Of a stretch of 38,947 nucleotides of DNA, positions 1 to 8,596 are shown piece after piece. A program made the translations under genes and the position numbers. The notes beneath the pieces were generated by a model. The model saw nothing but the letters and a program-made list of their open reading frames with translations, ran no database searches and was not told the origin of the DNA. How positions within the stretch are numbered: the first letter of the stretch is position 1; every line of letters starts with the position of its first letter. Origin of the DNA: Oscillospiraceae bacterium (lineage in GTDB: Bacteria > Bacillota > Clostridia > Oscillospirales > UBA929); contig WRCJ01000003.1 in NCBI GenBank assembly GCA_009784085.1, forward strand, positions 1 through 38,947, written 5' to 3'.

Positions 1-147
1 AGCGGCTAGAACGAAGGGGCTTGGTCTCGCTACTGAGCCACTATGGAAAAGCCCACTTAATCGCTACGAATTGAACCGCCGTATACGGAACCGTATGTGC
101 GGTGGTGTGGGAGGGGCGAAAGCTGTTGCGCCTAGCCCCTACCCGAT
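1..147 (+). mobile_element. 3' part of a group II intron (class C/IIC-like): end of intron-encoded protein, domain V and domain VI
   Basis: D5 at 75-106, ACCGCCGTATACGGAACCGTATGTGCGGTGGT, has a CGC triad, a short stem and an AY bulge. D6 hairpin GGGAGGGGC...GCCCCT-A-CCC has a bulged branch A and ends in CCGAT at 147. D5 starts right after an ORF stop. Confidence 0.9.
3..74 (+). CDS. C-terminal fragment of a group II intron reverse transcriptase/maturase (truncated by window edge)
   Basis: Frame 3 reads RLERRGLVSLLSHYGKAHLIATN*, resembling the C-terminus of endonuclease-less class C intron proteins. Its stop TGA (72-74) abuts D5. Confidence 0.7.
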   Translation, partial: RLERRGLVSLLSHYGKAHLIATN

Positions 148-150
148 CGA

Positions 151-196
151 ACGCCGCCTTAAGGACACCGCGGACGCCGCCTAAAGGACACCGCGG
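151..196. repeat. 23-bp tandem duplication spanning the kinase stop codon
   Basis: ACGCCGCCTTAAGGACACCGCGG / ACGCCGCCTAAAGGACACCGCGG, 1 mismatch. Confidence 0.9.
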
Positions 197-1605
197 ACGG
201 CGGGCAGGCACAGCGTCATCTTTGTGCCAAGGCCGCGGCGGGAGATGGCGGTCAGCCGACCCCCGTGGCGATGGGCTATCCAACGCGCAATGGATAGCCC
301 CAAGCCCGTGCCTCCCGCCTTATGGGCGCGGGATGCGTCCGATCGGTAGAAGCGGTCAAAGATATATGGCAGGTCTTCCGGCGCGATACCGACGCCCCCG
401 TCGGACACCGAGGCCCAGACCCAACCGCCCATTCCGGCGCCCGACGTCACCGTAACCGGCAACCCCTCCCCGTACTTGAGGGCGTTGTCCAACAGGATGC
501 GCAATGCCTGGCGGCACAGCGCCCTGTCCGCCACAACCGGCGCGGCGGCGGGTTGCACGGTGATCTCGCAGAGCGGGAGGGCCACACGCATATCGCGGAC
601 CAGCTCTTCGCACAACGCGCCCAAATCCATGGGCTCGGGCGAAAGCTCGATGGCGTCGCTGTCGCCCCGCGCCAAAAAGAGGAGCTGCTCGACCATATCG
701 GACATCCCTTTTGCCTCGCTTTTGAGCGCGTCGATAGATTCCTGGCGCACGTCCGGGTCGGTCTTGCCCCAGCGATCCAACAGGTTGACATACCCGATGA
801 TAACGGCGATGGGCGTGCGCAATTCATGGGATGCGTCGGACACGAACCGCGCCTGTGACGCATAGGCCGCCTCGATGCGATCCAGCATGGCGTTGATGGC
901 GCCGGCCAGCGGACGGAGTTCCTCTGGCGCTTCGTCTTCGTTTATCCGATGGTGCGGGCGCCGCCCGTCGATGTCGTGCAACGCGCCAGCCAAGCTGTCC
1001 ACCTGATTGGGGTTCGATGGCCGCGCGGACAACGCGCTGGCGCGATCGACCATGTCGTTTATCGGATCCAAGGCGCGGCGGATAGATCGCGCCCCTTTGT
1101 GTATGCTCATCAAGAACCAGAAGAGTTGAAATCCAAACAGGATATAGAGAATCGTCCGCAGGTCATTCAGCGCCGGTCCCACCTGGCAGACGATTTTTAC
1201 GCCCGGTTCGGGCAGCCAGAGGGTGTAGACGCCGCCGCTCGGCCATACTGGGAAAAACCAGCCGGAGGAAAACCGCATGTACCGCACCATGCCGGCCTGG
1301 GGCATGGGCGTCAGCGGCCGCAGGTAATGCGGCAACGCCACCCCGCCGGACGGGCGGTCGGTACACACGATCAGCGAGATCGCCCCCTCGCTGGCCAAGA
1401 CCGCCCCTTCCTCGCCGGACAGGATGGTTTGTTTATGCAAAACGGCTTGTGCCTCAGCCTCGGCCCGCCGCAGTGTCCAGCCAAACAGCAACGAGGCCAG
1501 CAACACATCCCCGAGCAGGAGGATCCAAAGGATACGGCGCAAAAAGCGCAGGTTGAGCCGACTGGCTTTGTATAGGCGTTGGCCGGGCGGACGTTTCTGT
1601 TTCAT
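181..1605 (-). CDS. HAMP-domain sensor histidine kinase (OmpR/EnvZ class)
   Basis: Two TM segments, H-box SHELRTP, N-box LLDNA, G1 DGGVG, F-box IFDRFYR, G2 GTGLGL. ATGA overlap with the response regulator. Confidence 0.95.
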   Translation of the reverse strand: MKQKRPPGQRLYKASRLNLRFLRRILWILLLGDVLLASLLFGWTLRRAEAEAQAVLHKQTILSGEEGAVLASEGAISLIVCTDRPSGGVALPHYLRPLTPMPQAGMVRYMRFSSGWFFPVWPSGGVYTLWLPEPGVKIVCQVGPALNDLRTILYILFGFQLFWFLMSIHKGARSIRRALDPINDMVDRASALSARPSNPNQVDSLAGALHDIDGRRPHHRINEDEAPEELRPLAGAINAMLDRIEAAYASQARFVSDASHELRTPIAVIIGYVNLLDRWGKTDPDVRQESIDALKSEAKGMSDMVEQLLFLARGDSDAIELSPEPMDLGALCEELVRDMRVALPLCEITVQPAAAPVVADRALCRQALRILLDNALKYGEGLPVTVTSGAGMGGWVWASVSDGGVGIAPEDLPYIFDRFYRSDASRAHKAGGTGLGLSIARWIAHRHGGRLTAISRRGLGTKMTLCLPAVRGVL

Positions 1606-2270
1606 CGAATCACATACCCCACGCCCCGAACGGTTTCAATCAGTTTCAGACCTCGGGGCTCCTCCAGTTTGGCTCGCAGATAACGGATATAGACATCCAC
1701 CGTGTTGGCGCCGCCGTCGTAGGTGTAGTCCCAAACACGGTTGAGCAAGGTATCCCGGCTCAGTACGATGCCCCGGTTTTCCATCAGGCAGTGCAACAGG
1801 TCGAATTCCCGGCGGCTCAGGTGGACAGGTTCGCCGTTCACGGCGACCGTCCGGCTTTCCGGGTACAAGGCCAGCGCGCCCACCGACACCTCTTTGCCCG
1901 CTCTGTGGCGGGATCGCAACAGGGCCCGGATACGCGCCAGCAATTCCTCGATAGCGAAAGGCTTGGTCATGTAGTCGTTGGCGCCGCAATCCAAACCGGT
2001 GACCTTGTCGGTTACGGCGTCGCGGGCGGTAAGTAGCAAGACCGGCATCTCGGGCTTGTCGCGCCGCAGACGCCGCAAAACCTCCAAACCGGACAATTCG
2101 GGGAGGAGTATGTCCAACAGCATCAGATCGAAGTCGGCGGACAGCGCCCGGGACAGCCCTTCCCGCCCGTCATAAGCCTTGTCGACCGCGTACCCTTCAT
2201 GGGTCAGCTCCAGCTCCAGGAAGCGGGCCAGCTTGCGCTCGTCCTCAACGATTAAGATTGTCCCCTTCAT
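1602..2270 (-). CDS. OmpR/PhoB-family response regulator
   Basis: Receiver domain (VEDE, LLDILLP, LTAR, KPF) plus winged helix (VDVYIRYLRAKL, ETVRGVGY). Confidence 0.96.
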   Translation of the reverse strand: MKGTILIVEDERKLARFLELELTHEGYAVDKAYDGREGLSRALSADFDLMLLDILLPELSGLEVLRRLRRDKPEMPVLLLTARDAVTDKVTGLDCGANDYMTKPFAIEELLARIRALLRSRHRAGKEVSVGALALYPESRTVAVNGEPVHLSRREFDLLHCLMENRGIVLSRDTLLNRVWDYTYDGGANTVDVYIRYLRAKLEEPRGLKLIETVRGVGYVIR

Positions 2271-3159
2271 CCCTTTTACCCGCCGTCCCTTGAGTTCCTT
2301 GAGTTCCTTGCGTTCTTTGACAGTCCTTCTTTATTTTTTCCGCAGCCTGAGCCGCGGAGTTCATCACGTCATTCGCGCCGCGCCTCATGTCTGGCCCCCA
2401 GAAACTATAGCGGTAGTCGAAGAAGAGACCTACGATCAGCAGGGCGATAATCCACCAGAAGACCGGAAAGATCAGGATCACAACCATAACGGTCAGAGGG
2501 ATCGACAGGATGTATTCTTCGCGCCGGTGGACGGCGAACTTGTTGATGTTGCCCTTGTGGATGATCCGCCCGATAAAACGCAGAAAGCGGCTGACCAGCT
2601 GGGAGAAGCTCTCCCCGGGCGGGGGAGACGTCCACGCCGCGCCGCCGCCGCCATCACGATGACTGTTACCGCCGCCGCCATGACCACTATGCCTACGGTG
2701 CCCGTTATCGCTGTTGCCGCCGCCGCCGCCGCCGGCCGCCTTTTTTGCGCTTTCAGGCGGCGGTTCCGCCTCGCCATGATCAACCGCCGCCGATGGGCCG
2801 CCCCCGCTGGCCGATGGGCCGCCCCCGCTGGCCGATGGGCCGCCCCCGCTGGCCGATGGGCCGCCGCCATTAACCGCCGATGGCTCGCCGCCGCTACCGC
2901 CGCCATCGCCACGGCGCCCGCTACCGCCGCCACGGTGCCCGTTGTCGCCGCCGCTACCGCCGTTATCGTCGCCACCGCCATCGCCATCGCCGCCGTTATT
3001 CGTCCCGTTTCCACGCGGCGGTGCGATCCGGCCGCGCTGCTCCAGCAAAATGGCCGCTTCCAGCAAATCGTCGCCGGTTTCCTCTAAAACGGCCCTGGCC
3101 TCCTCTGCACTGATGCCGGCGTACGCACACAGCTTATCCACTTGTTCCCGCGTCGGCAT
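2245..3159 (-). CDS. DUF4342-like membrane protein with N-terminal UBA-like domain and a Gly-rich repeat linker
   Basis: N-term MPTREQVDKL...EARAVLEETGDDLLEAAILLE; C-term IIHKGN...LSIPLTV, TM, YRYSF. GGAGG lies upstream of ATG 3159. Overlaps the start of the response regulator. Confidence 0.7.
   Translation of the reverse strand: MPTREQVDKLCAYAGISAEEARAVLEETGDDLLEAAILLEQRGRIAPPRGNGTNNGGDGDGGGDDNGGSGGDNGHRGGGSGRRGDGGGSGGEPSAVNGGGPSASGGGPSASGGGPSASGGGPSAAVDHGEAEPPPESAKKAAGGGGGGNSDNGHRRHSGHGGGGNSHRDGGGGAAWTSPPPGESFSQLVSRFLRFIGRIIHKGNINKFAVHRREEYILSIPLTVMVVILIFPVFWWIIALLIVGLFFDYRYSFWGPDMRRGANDVMNSAAQAAEKIKKDCQRTQGTQGTQGTAGKRDEGDNLNR
2789..2868. repeat. 21-bp coding tandem repeat (GGGPSAS, about 4 copies)
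   Basis: GCCGATGGGCCGCCCCCGCTG x3 plus a partial copy. Confidence 0.95.
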
Positions 3160-3261
3160 AACGATCGTCCTCCACCCCACCCCATAAAATGCCTACTCGA
3201 TTGTTTGGGGTATAAGCAGTGCCTATCATATCGCACACACATTGGGTTATCCTTTGACAAA

Positions 3262-3303
3262 GATTAAGGTTTCATGAGAATTAAGGATTAAGGTTTCATG
3301 AGA
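3262..3303. repeat. Duplication spanning the M20 gene stop codon
   Basis: GATTAAGGTTTCATGAGA at 3262-3279 and 3286-3303, with an extra ATTAAG between. Confidence 0.85.
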
Positions 3304-4744
3304 GTTGCTGTTTCCCGCCTGCCATGTGGGTAATCAAACGCCCGTAAAACGCCATGGCCAATCCAAGGCTGTCCACCGAAACGCGCTCGTCCCGCCCGTG
3401 TACGCCGGCCATTTCGGCTTGGCTGAGTATGAAGGGCGAGAATCGGTAAACGTTGTCGGAAAACATTTCATAATGGAGCGCGCTCGTGGTTTGCGCCAGC
3501 AGGGAGGGGATCACAGGCACCGGGCCGAACACGGTGCGCACAATCTCGGCGATGGAGGCAAAAGCATCGCACTGGTAGTCGGAAATCTTGCTGGCTTCAT
3601 GCGAGGACACGGCCATGAGGCTCACATCCAAACCAATAAACAGATCCCGCAAATAGCGCAGGACATCGTCGCAGGTTTCCCCATGCAACAGCCGGATATC
3701 CAATGTGGCTTCCGCTTTGGTCGGCAAGGCATTGGCGGCTTTCCCCGCGTGCAGGGCGGTGGGCGTGATGGTCGTACGCGCCCAGGAGGGCTCGAAGGCG
3801 GCCAGATGCCGGGCCAGCAACCACCGGTTCGCGATATACAAACGCCAGCCAAAGGAAAGGTTGGGCGCCAAGAGCTTCAGAAAGGCATGAACATGGGGCG
3901 TCACGCGGGAGGGATACTTTTTGAATTCCGTGCGGCTTATCGCTTCGCAAACGGCGCCCAAGGCCGTCCGCCGCTCGGGCTCGGACGCATGCCCGCCGTT
4001 GCTTTGGGCGGTCACGCGCACGTAGGCCGCGCCCTTTTCCGCCACGCAGATCTCGGCGACAGGCCTGCGCAAGGACAAGACGCCGCGTTTCAAGACGCCC
4101 CCCTCGTCCAAGATCATCTCGAAATGCAGGTGGCGGCGGGCGAATACGCGGGCGATCTCCCCCGAACCGTCCTCGCCCCCCACCTCGTTATCATGCCCGA
4201 AGGCAAAATAGATATCGCGCTTTGGCACAAAACCGGAGTTGATGAGGGATTCGGCGCACTCCAACAGGCAGGCGACGACCTGCTTGCCATCCAGCGCGCC
4301 GCGGCCCCACACGTATCCGTCGGAAATGATGCCCTCGAAGGGCCCGACTTGCCACCCTTCTTCGGCGGGAACGACATCGAGATGCCCGCAAAACAGCAAC
4401 GGCGGGCCCGTGGGACGAGGGGCCGGCCATCGATACAACAGGCTGTGCAAGCCGACGACCTCCCGCTCCATGGTCGAGTGTGCCCGGGGATAGCGCCATT
4501 TGAGATAGTCGCGCAAGCGCACCCACTCGGTGTAGTCCCCCCCGGCGCCGGGCGAGACCGTTTGAAAGCGAAGGAGTTCGCCCAGGCTGTCAGCCGCGTG
4601 GCGGCAAACCTCCGGATCGGCCGCGCGGGGATAAATCGGGCTTGTCCGCTCCCGTTTGAGCCTCGCCGCCCGCACCAAGACCGACACCAAGGTCAGAAGC
4701 AACGCGGCGGCGATCCCGATGAGTATATACCAACCAACGCCCAT
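3296..4744 (-). CDS. M20/M25/M40 family metallo-hydrolase (PM20D1/carboxypeptidase S-like), N-terminal TM anchor
   Basis: GHLDVV, GRGALDGK, GHDNE (canonical HDEE), LDEGG, GGHAS and HGRDE motifs. Confidence 0.88.
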   Translation of the reverse strand: MGVGWYILIGIAAALLLTLVSVLVRAARLKRERTSPIYPRAADPEVCRHAADSLGELLRFQTVSPGAGGDYTEWVRLRDYLKWRYPRAHSTMEREVVGLHSLLYRWPAPRPTGPPLLFCGHLDVVPAEEGWQVGPFEGIISDGYVWGRGALDGKQVVACLLECAESLINSGFVPKRDIYFAFGHDNEVGGEDGSGEIARVFARRHLHFEMILDEGGVLKRGVLSLRRPVAEICVAEKGAAYVRVTAQSNGGHASEPERRTALGAVCEAISRTEFKKYPSRVTPHVHAFLKLLAPNLSFGWRLYIANRWLLARHLAAFEPSWARTTITPTALHAGKAANALPTKAEATLDIRLLHGETCDDVLRYLRDLFIGLDVSLMAVSSHEASKISDYQCDAFASIAEIVRTVFGPVPVIPSLLAQTTSALHYEMFSDNVYRFSPFILSQAEMAGVHGRDERVSVDSLGLAMAFYGRLITHMAGGKQQLS

Positions 4745-4783
4745 GATGGTTACTATCCCCCCTTCCGAATTTTTTAATCAGTG

Positions 4784-5203
4784 TCAGTGGCAATGGGCGC
4801 AATCGGCGTCACATCCGACAATCGGCGTCGGATCGATGCCCTGGCGCCGGTAATAATCGGCGATGGCCGATTTGATGGCCTCTTCGGCCAGCACGCTGCA
4901 ATGCATTTTGACCGGCGGCAAGCCGTCCAGCGCCTCGGCCACGGCCTTGTTGGACAGCATCAATGCCTCGGTGATGCTTTTGCCCTTGACCAGCTCGGTG
5001 GCCATGCTGGAGGTTGCCACGGCGGCGCCGCAGCCGAAGGTCTTGAACTTGACATCCTCGATCACCTCGTCCACGATGCGCATGGTCATCTTCATGATAT
5101 CGCCGCATTTTGGGTTGCCCACCTGGCCCACGGCGTTGGCGTCGGCCACCTCGCCCACGTTACGGGGATTCGCGAAATGATCCATCACTTTGTCTGTATA
5201 CAT
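4784..5203 (-). CDS. iscU: Fe-S cluster scaffold IscU/NifU
   Basis: DHFANPRNVG, GNPKCGD, FKTFGCG, LPPVKMHCS; Cys-rich tail CDADCAHCH. Confidence 0.96.
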   Translation of the reverse strand: MYTDKVMDHFANPRNVGEVADANAVGQVGNPKCGDIMKMTMRIVDEVIEDVKFKTFGCGAAVATSSMATELVKGKSITEALMLSNKAVAEALDGLPPVKMHCSVLAEEAIKSAIADYYRRQGIDPTPIVGCDADCAHCH

Positions 5204-5278
5204 AGCTATAATGCACCTCGCTATATCAATAATCTGTATACTATTTTATTTAAATATATGTCGCTTAAATATATTAAT

Positions 5279-6502
5279 TTACTGTATTGGCTTCTGCGCG
5301 GCGGCGTCCCACAGCGGCGACATCGCCCTGCCCCGCGCCACGGCGGCGATTACCTGGCTGATGAGATAGTCAACCTGTTCCGGCGTCGTATCCCCGCTAA
5401 TGGTTAGGCGTAGCGAACCATGCGCGACCTCATGGGGCAAACCCAACGCCAGCAACACATGGGACGGGTCGAGGGAGCCGGAGGAACACGCCGAGCCGGA
5501 AGAAGCGCACACGCCGGCCATGTCCAAATTCAGCACCAGCGACTCGCCCTCCACGCACGCAAACACAAAGGAAGCGTTCCCCGGTAGCCGATTTTCCGGA
5601 TCTCCCGTCAAAAAGGCGTACGGTATGGCGGACAGGGCGGCAATCAGCCGGTCGCGCATCGCGGAGGTGCGCCGGATATCCTCCGCCATCCCCAGCGTGG
5701 ATTCGCGTAGCGCGGCGGCCATGCCCACAGCGCCCGCCACGTTTTCCGTGCCGCTGCGCAGGCCGCGCTCGTGGCCTCCGCCATGCAACAGCGGCGGCAG
5801 CCGCACGCCCCGCCTCAGGAAGAGGGCGCCGATGCCCTTGGGGCCGCCGAACTTGTGTCCCGACAGGGAAAGCATATCCACTGGCAACGACGACAAATCA
5901 AGGGGGATATGCCCTATCGCTTGCACGGCGTCGGTATGGAACCACACGCCGGACGCATGGCACAGCCGACCGATCTCCTCGATGGGCTGTATGGTCCCCA
6001 CTTCGTTGTTGGCGGTCATGCAGGAGACAAGGACTGTGTCCGGGCGCAAAGCTTCCTGCACTTGCGAGGCCGCAACCCGCCCCAGCTTGTCCACGGGCAA
6101 CACGGTAAGCTCGAAACCCTGTTTTTGCAAGTGTTGGGCGGTATGCAGTACAGCATGGTGTTCGATGGCGGAGACAATCATGTGCCGGCCGTCCTGGGCG
6201 CCCCGGCCTCCCCGGTCGCGCTGGCCGCCCTGGCCGCCCTGGTTGCGCTTGGCTTCGCACGCGCCCACGAGCGCCCAGTTGTCAGCCTCGGTGCCGCCGG
6301 CTGTGAAATAGATCTCCTCAGGGGCGGCGCCCAACGCCCCGGCGATTGTCCGGCGCGCGTCTTCCAAGGCGCGGCGGGCATCCCTGGCCACCGAGTAGAT
6401 CGATGAGGCGTTGCCGTAGTTCTCTTCCAGAAACGGCCTCATGGCGGAAAGCGCCGCCGGGGACAAGGGCATGGTAGCCGCGTTATCAGCGTAAACAAAC
6501 AT
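5279..6502 (-). CDS. iscS: Cysteine desulfurase IscS/NifS
   Basis: YADNAAT, GNASS, HTDAVQ, SGHK (PLP Lys), SSGSACSS. AAGGAGG RBS precedes ATG 6502. Short Gly/Gln-rich insertion NQGGQGGQRDRGGRG. Confidence 0.95.
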   Translation of the reverse strand: MFVYADNAATMPLSPAALSAMRPFLEENYGNASSIYSVARDARRALEDARRTIAGALGAAPEEIYFTAGGTEADNWALVGACEAKRNQGGQGGQRDRGGRGAQDGRHMIVSAIEHHAVLHTAQHLQKQGFELTVLPVDKLGRVAASQVQEALRPDTVLVSCMTANNEVGTIQPIEEIGRLCHASGVWFHTDAVQAIGHIPLDLSSLPVDMLSLSGHKFGGPKGIGALFLRRGVRLPPLLHGGGHERGLRSGTENVAGAVGMAAALRESTLGMAEDIRRTSAMRDRLIAALSAIPYAFLTGDPENRLPGNASFVFACVEGESLVLNLDMAGVCASSGSACSSGSLDPSHVLLALGLPHEVAHGSLRLTISGDTTPEQVDYLISQVIAAVARGRAMSPLWDAAAQKPIQ

Positions 6503-6541
6503 AGCCCATTCGACCTCCTTAACCTCGTTCGTGACACCATC

Positions 6542-6570
6542 ATCATACGCCACAAAGCCGATTCTGTCAA
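6542..6570 (-). promoter_or_regulatory. SigA-type promoter of iscS-iscU
   Basis: TTGACA-N17-TATGAT on the minus strand. Confidence 0.8.
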
Positions 6571-6611
6571 GAATCCCCTGCACATGCCCTGCACATGCCC
6601 CCCCGCCCAGA

Positions 6612-6705
6612 CAAAGCGCAGGTATTGCCCCGGCAAAGCGCAGGTATTGCCCCGGCAAAGCGCAGGTATTGCCCCGGCAAAGCGCAGATATTGCCCCGGC
6701 AAAGC
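6612..6705. repeat. 22-bp tandem repeat, about 4.3 copies, in the iscS/trxA divergent intergenic region
   Basis: CAAAGCGCAGGTATTGCCCCGG x3, a fourth copy with one mismatch, then a partial copy. A separate CCCTGCACAT-type duplication lies at about 6576-6600. Confidence 0.95.
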
Positions 6706-6916
6706 CCCGATCAAAAAGCCAGCCGAATCCCCTAGCGCGCGCAGGGTGATTTTTGCCCCCCGTATGGCGAAGATATAGAAAGTTTTCAAAAAAACATGCC
6801 GAAAAGAAATTGCCTTTTTGCATTTGTTATGATAGAATAGTTTTGGATGCATAGACACCCCCGCTATATGGAGGCGGGTTTTTGGCGCAATTTGAATTAC
6901 AATTGGAGGGTATCCT

Positions 6917-7243
6917 ATGTCTTCTATCATCGCCTTAACGTCTGACAATTTCGAGTCTGAGGTCATAATGTCGCCCGGCCTTATCCTTGTGGATTTTTGG
7001 GCCTCCTGGTGCGCGCCGTGCCGCGCAGTCGCCCCTTTGTTGGAACGCCTGTCCGAGGAGGAGGAGCTTTCTGGGCGCGTCAAGATTGGCAAACTGGACG
7101 TGGACGCCGAGGGCGCGCTGGCCGCCAAGTATGGCGTGATGAGCATACCTACGATCATTGTGTTTTCCCAGGGCCGGGAGACGAAGCGTCAGGTGGGCGC
7201 GCGTTCCTACAAGGAATTGCTCAAGCTGGTGGAAGAAGTGTAA
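6917..7243 (+). CDS. trxA: Thioredoxin
   Basis: VDFWASWCAPC, KLDVD, YGVMSIPT; GGAGG RBS. Confidence 0.96.
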   Translation: MSSIIALTSDNFESEVIMSPGLILVDFWASWCAPCRAVAPLLERLSEEEELSGRVKIGKLDVDAEGALAAKYGVMSIPTIIVFSQGRETKRQVGARSYKELLKLVEEV

Positions 7244-7256
7244 AGTGTAAAGTGTA
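7236..7256. repeat. 7-bp repeat x3 of the trxA stop region
   Basis: AAGTGTA x3, giving TAA at 7241, 7248 and 7255 (all three frames). Confidence 0.85.
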
Positions 7257-7365
7257 AGTTAGCGTCCCCGGTACGGCAAGGAAGCCACGAAGGCGGCACC
7301 CGAAGGAATTCGGCGGCGGCTGGGGATCCGCGCCGGGGCCGTGACGAAAATGTTGGTTGAGGTGA

Positions 7366-8262
7366 ATGGAAATGGCGGACTCAGGAAAAAGGTTCAGGTT
7401 TACACCCGTTGGCGGTTTTCGCCGGCAAGACGTCATCACGTACATTGAGAAATTGATGAAGGAACACCACGAGGAGATTGACGCTTGCCGGGCAGGCGCC
7501 GAACAGTTGCGCCGCGAGCGGGACGATGCGCGTGAGCGGGCGGCGTTAGGGCAGATCAAAGTCGAGGAGCTAACGCTCAAATCAAAGCAGCTTCCCTATA
7601 TGCAATCCGACGTGGAATCCCTCAAGTCGCGCCTCAATCAGCTGGCGGTGGAAAAGACGCGCCAAAGCGAGACGCTGCAGAAGCTGGAGGGCGCCAGGGA
7701 GGGTGACCGGACCGCGCTGTCGCGCCTTCAATCGCTCCTGGCCGAGAGAGAAAGCAAGCTGCAATCCCTGCAAAAGCAGATCGATGATTTTATCGTCTCG
7801 TACGCGAGCGCGGAAGAACTCGAGAGAAAAGCCGTCGAGCGGGCGCGGGCTATCGAGACCGAAGCGTTGGCAAACGCGGAGCACTCGCGCGAGCTGATCA
7901 CCCGCCTGTGGATGGACACCAAAGATCGATACACGGCGTTTTGCCGGGAAGCCGAGGAAGCTACCGCCGTCGCCGTACAAGAGCTGGACAAGGTGCGCGC
8001 GTTACTGATCGGCGCCAGCCACATGTTCGACGGCGTAAACAGTAGCCTGGATGAATTGCCCCTGCCGGAAGAGGAGCCTTTCGCCTCCGCTGGGGCAGAG
8101 CCGATTCTGCCGCTTTCGGGCGAAGCGTCCTCCCTGCTCGATATGCTTGCCCAGCAGAAACAAGCCCAAATCGACCGGCAAGCCCCTGCCGCCCCTGCCG
8201 AAGACGACGGCGCGGCGCCCGGTGAATACAAAGAGGACAAAGAGGACAAAGAGGATCTATAA
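7366..8262 (+). CDS. DivIVA-like coiled-coil protein (start may be 7372)
   Basis: N-term FRFTPVGGFRRQDVITYIEKL resembles the DivIVA membrane-targeting motif. Long heptad coiled coil, acidic tail with KED x3. Confidence 0.6.
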   Translation: MEMADSGKRFRFTPVGGFRRQDVITYIEKLMKEHHEEIDACRAGAEQLRRERDDARERAALGQIKVEELTLKSKQLPYMQSDVESLKSRLNQLAVEKTRQSETLQKLEGAREGDRTALSRLQSLLAERESKLQSLQKQIDDFIVSYASAEELERKAVERARAIETEALANAEHSRELITRLWMDTKDRYTAFCREAEEATAVAVQELDKVRALLIGASHMFDGVNSSLDELPLPEEEPFASAGAEPILPLSGEASSLLDMLAQQKQAQIDRQAPAAPAEDDGAAPGEYKEDKEDKEDL

Positions 8263-8272
8263 GGACCCGAAA

Positions 8273-8308
8273 ATAGCCCGTCGGCGTATCATCTCGCCGA
8301 CGGGCTAT
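8273..8308. terminator. Intrinsic terminator between convergent genes (probably bidirectional)
   Basis: Perfect 14-bp stem ATAGCCCGTCGGCG / CGCCGACGGGCTAT; T-tract on the minus strand. Confidence 0.8.
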
Positions 8309-8360
8309 CGAGTTGTCGCCTAACGCCTGACGCCTGACGCCTCGCGCCTTACGCGCCGCC

Positions 8361-8519
8361 TCACGCATCCTCAAACATGTCTTTGCCCACACCGCAGGCG
8401 GGGCAGACGAAATCGTCCGGCACATCAGCCCACGCGATACCCGGGGCAATGCCGTCATCGGGATAGCCTTCGGCCTCGCTGTACACATAGCCGCACACGC
8501 TGCAAACATATTCTTTCAT
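8361..8519 (-). CDS. Rubredoxin (52 aa, not in the ORF track)
   Basis: [52 protein letters not shown], two CxxC motifs, AAGGAG RBS. Confidence 0.96.
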   Translation of the reverse strand: MKEYVCSVCGYVYSEAEGYPDDGIAPGIAWADVPDDFVCPACGVGKDMFEDA

Positions 8520-8596
8520 TGTGGGACACGCTCCTTTTGCTTTAAATTTTGTTATTTTGGTTTGCTATATTCTAGTTTGTTTTGTTCGATCATACC

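Noticed and set aside
2179-3087. Ala/Thr-rich 302-aa plus-strand ORF
   Set aside because: Antisense reading of the Gly-rich repeat gene, which has an RBS and recognisable terminal domains
3305-4777. Long plus-strand ORF (490 aa) and similar antisense ORFs such as 30912-32063, 34254-35477, 28384-29400 and 24989-25942
   Set aside because: Shadow frames opposite well-supported genes in GC-rich DNA, with no recognisable motifs
6612-6705. CRISPR array
   Set aside because: The 22-bp units are contiguous with no unique spacers, and there are no cas genes in the window
6503-6823. 107-aa N-terminal extension of IscS in the ORF track
   Set aside because: It runs through the tandem repeat and the promoter; the RBS and family N-terminus point to ATG 6502
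7263-7346. SRP or 6S RNA
   Set aside because: Lacks the SRP TCAGG-N-GGAA-N-AGCAG domain IV motif and is too short for 6S
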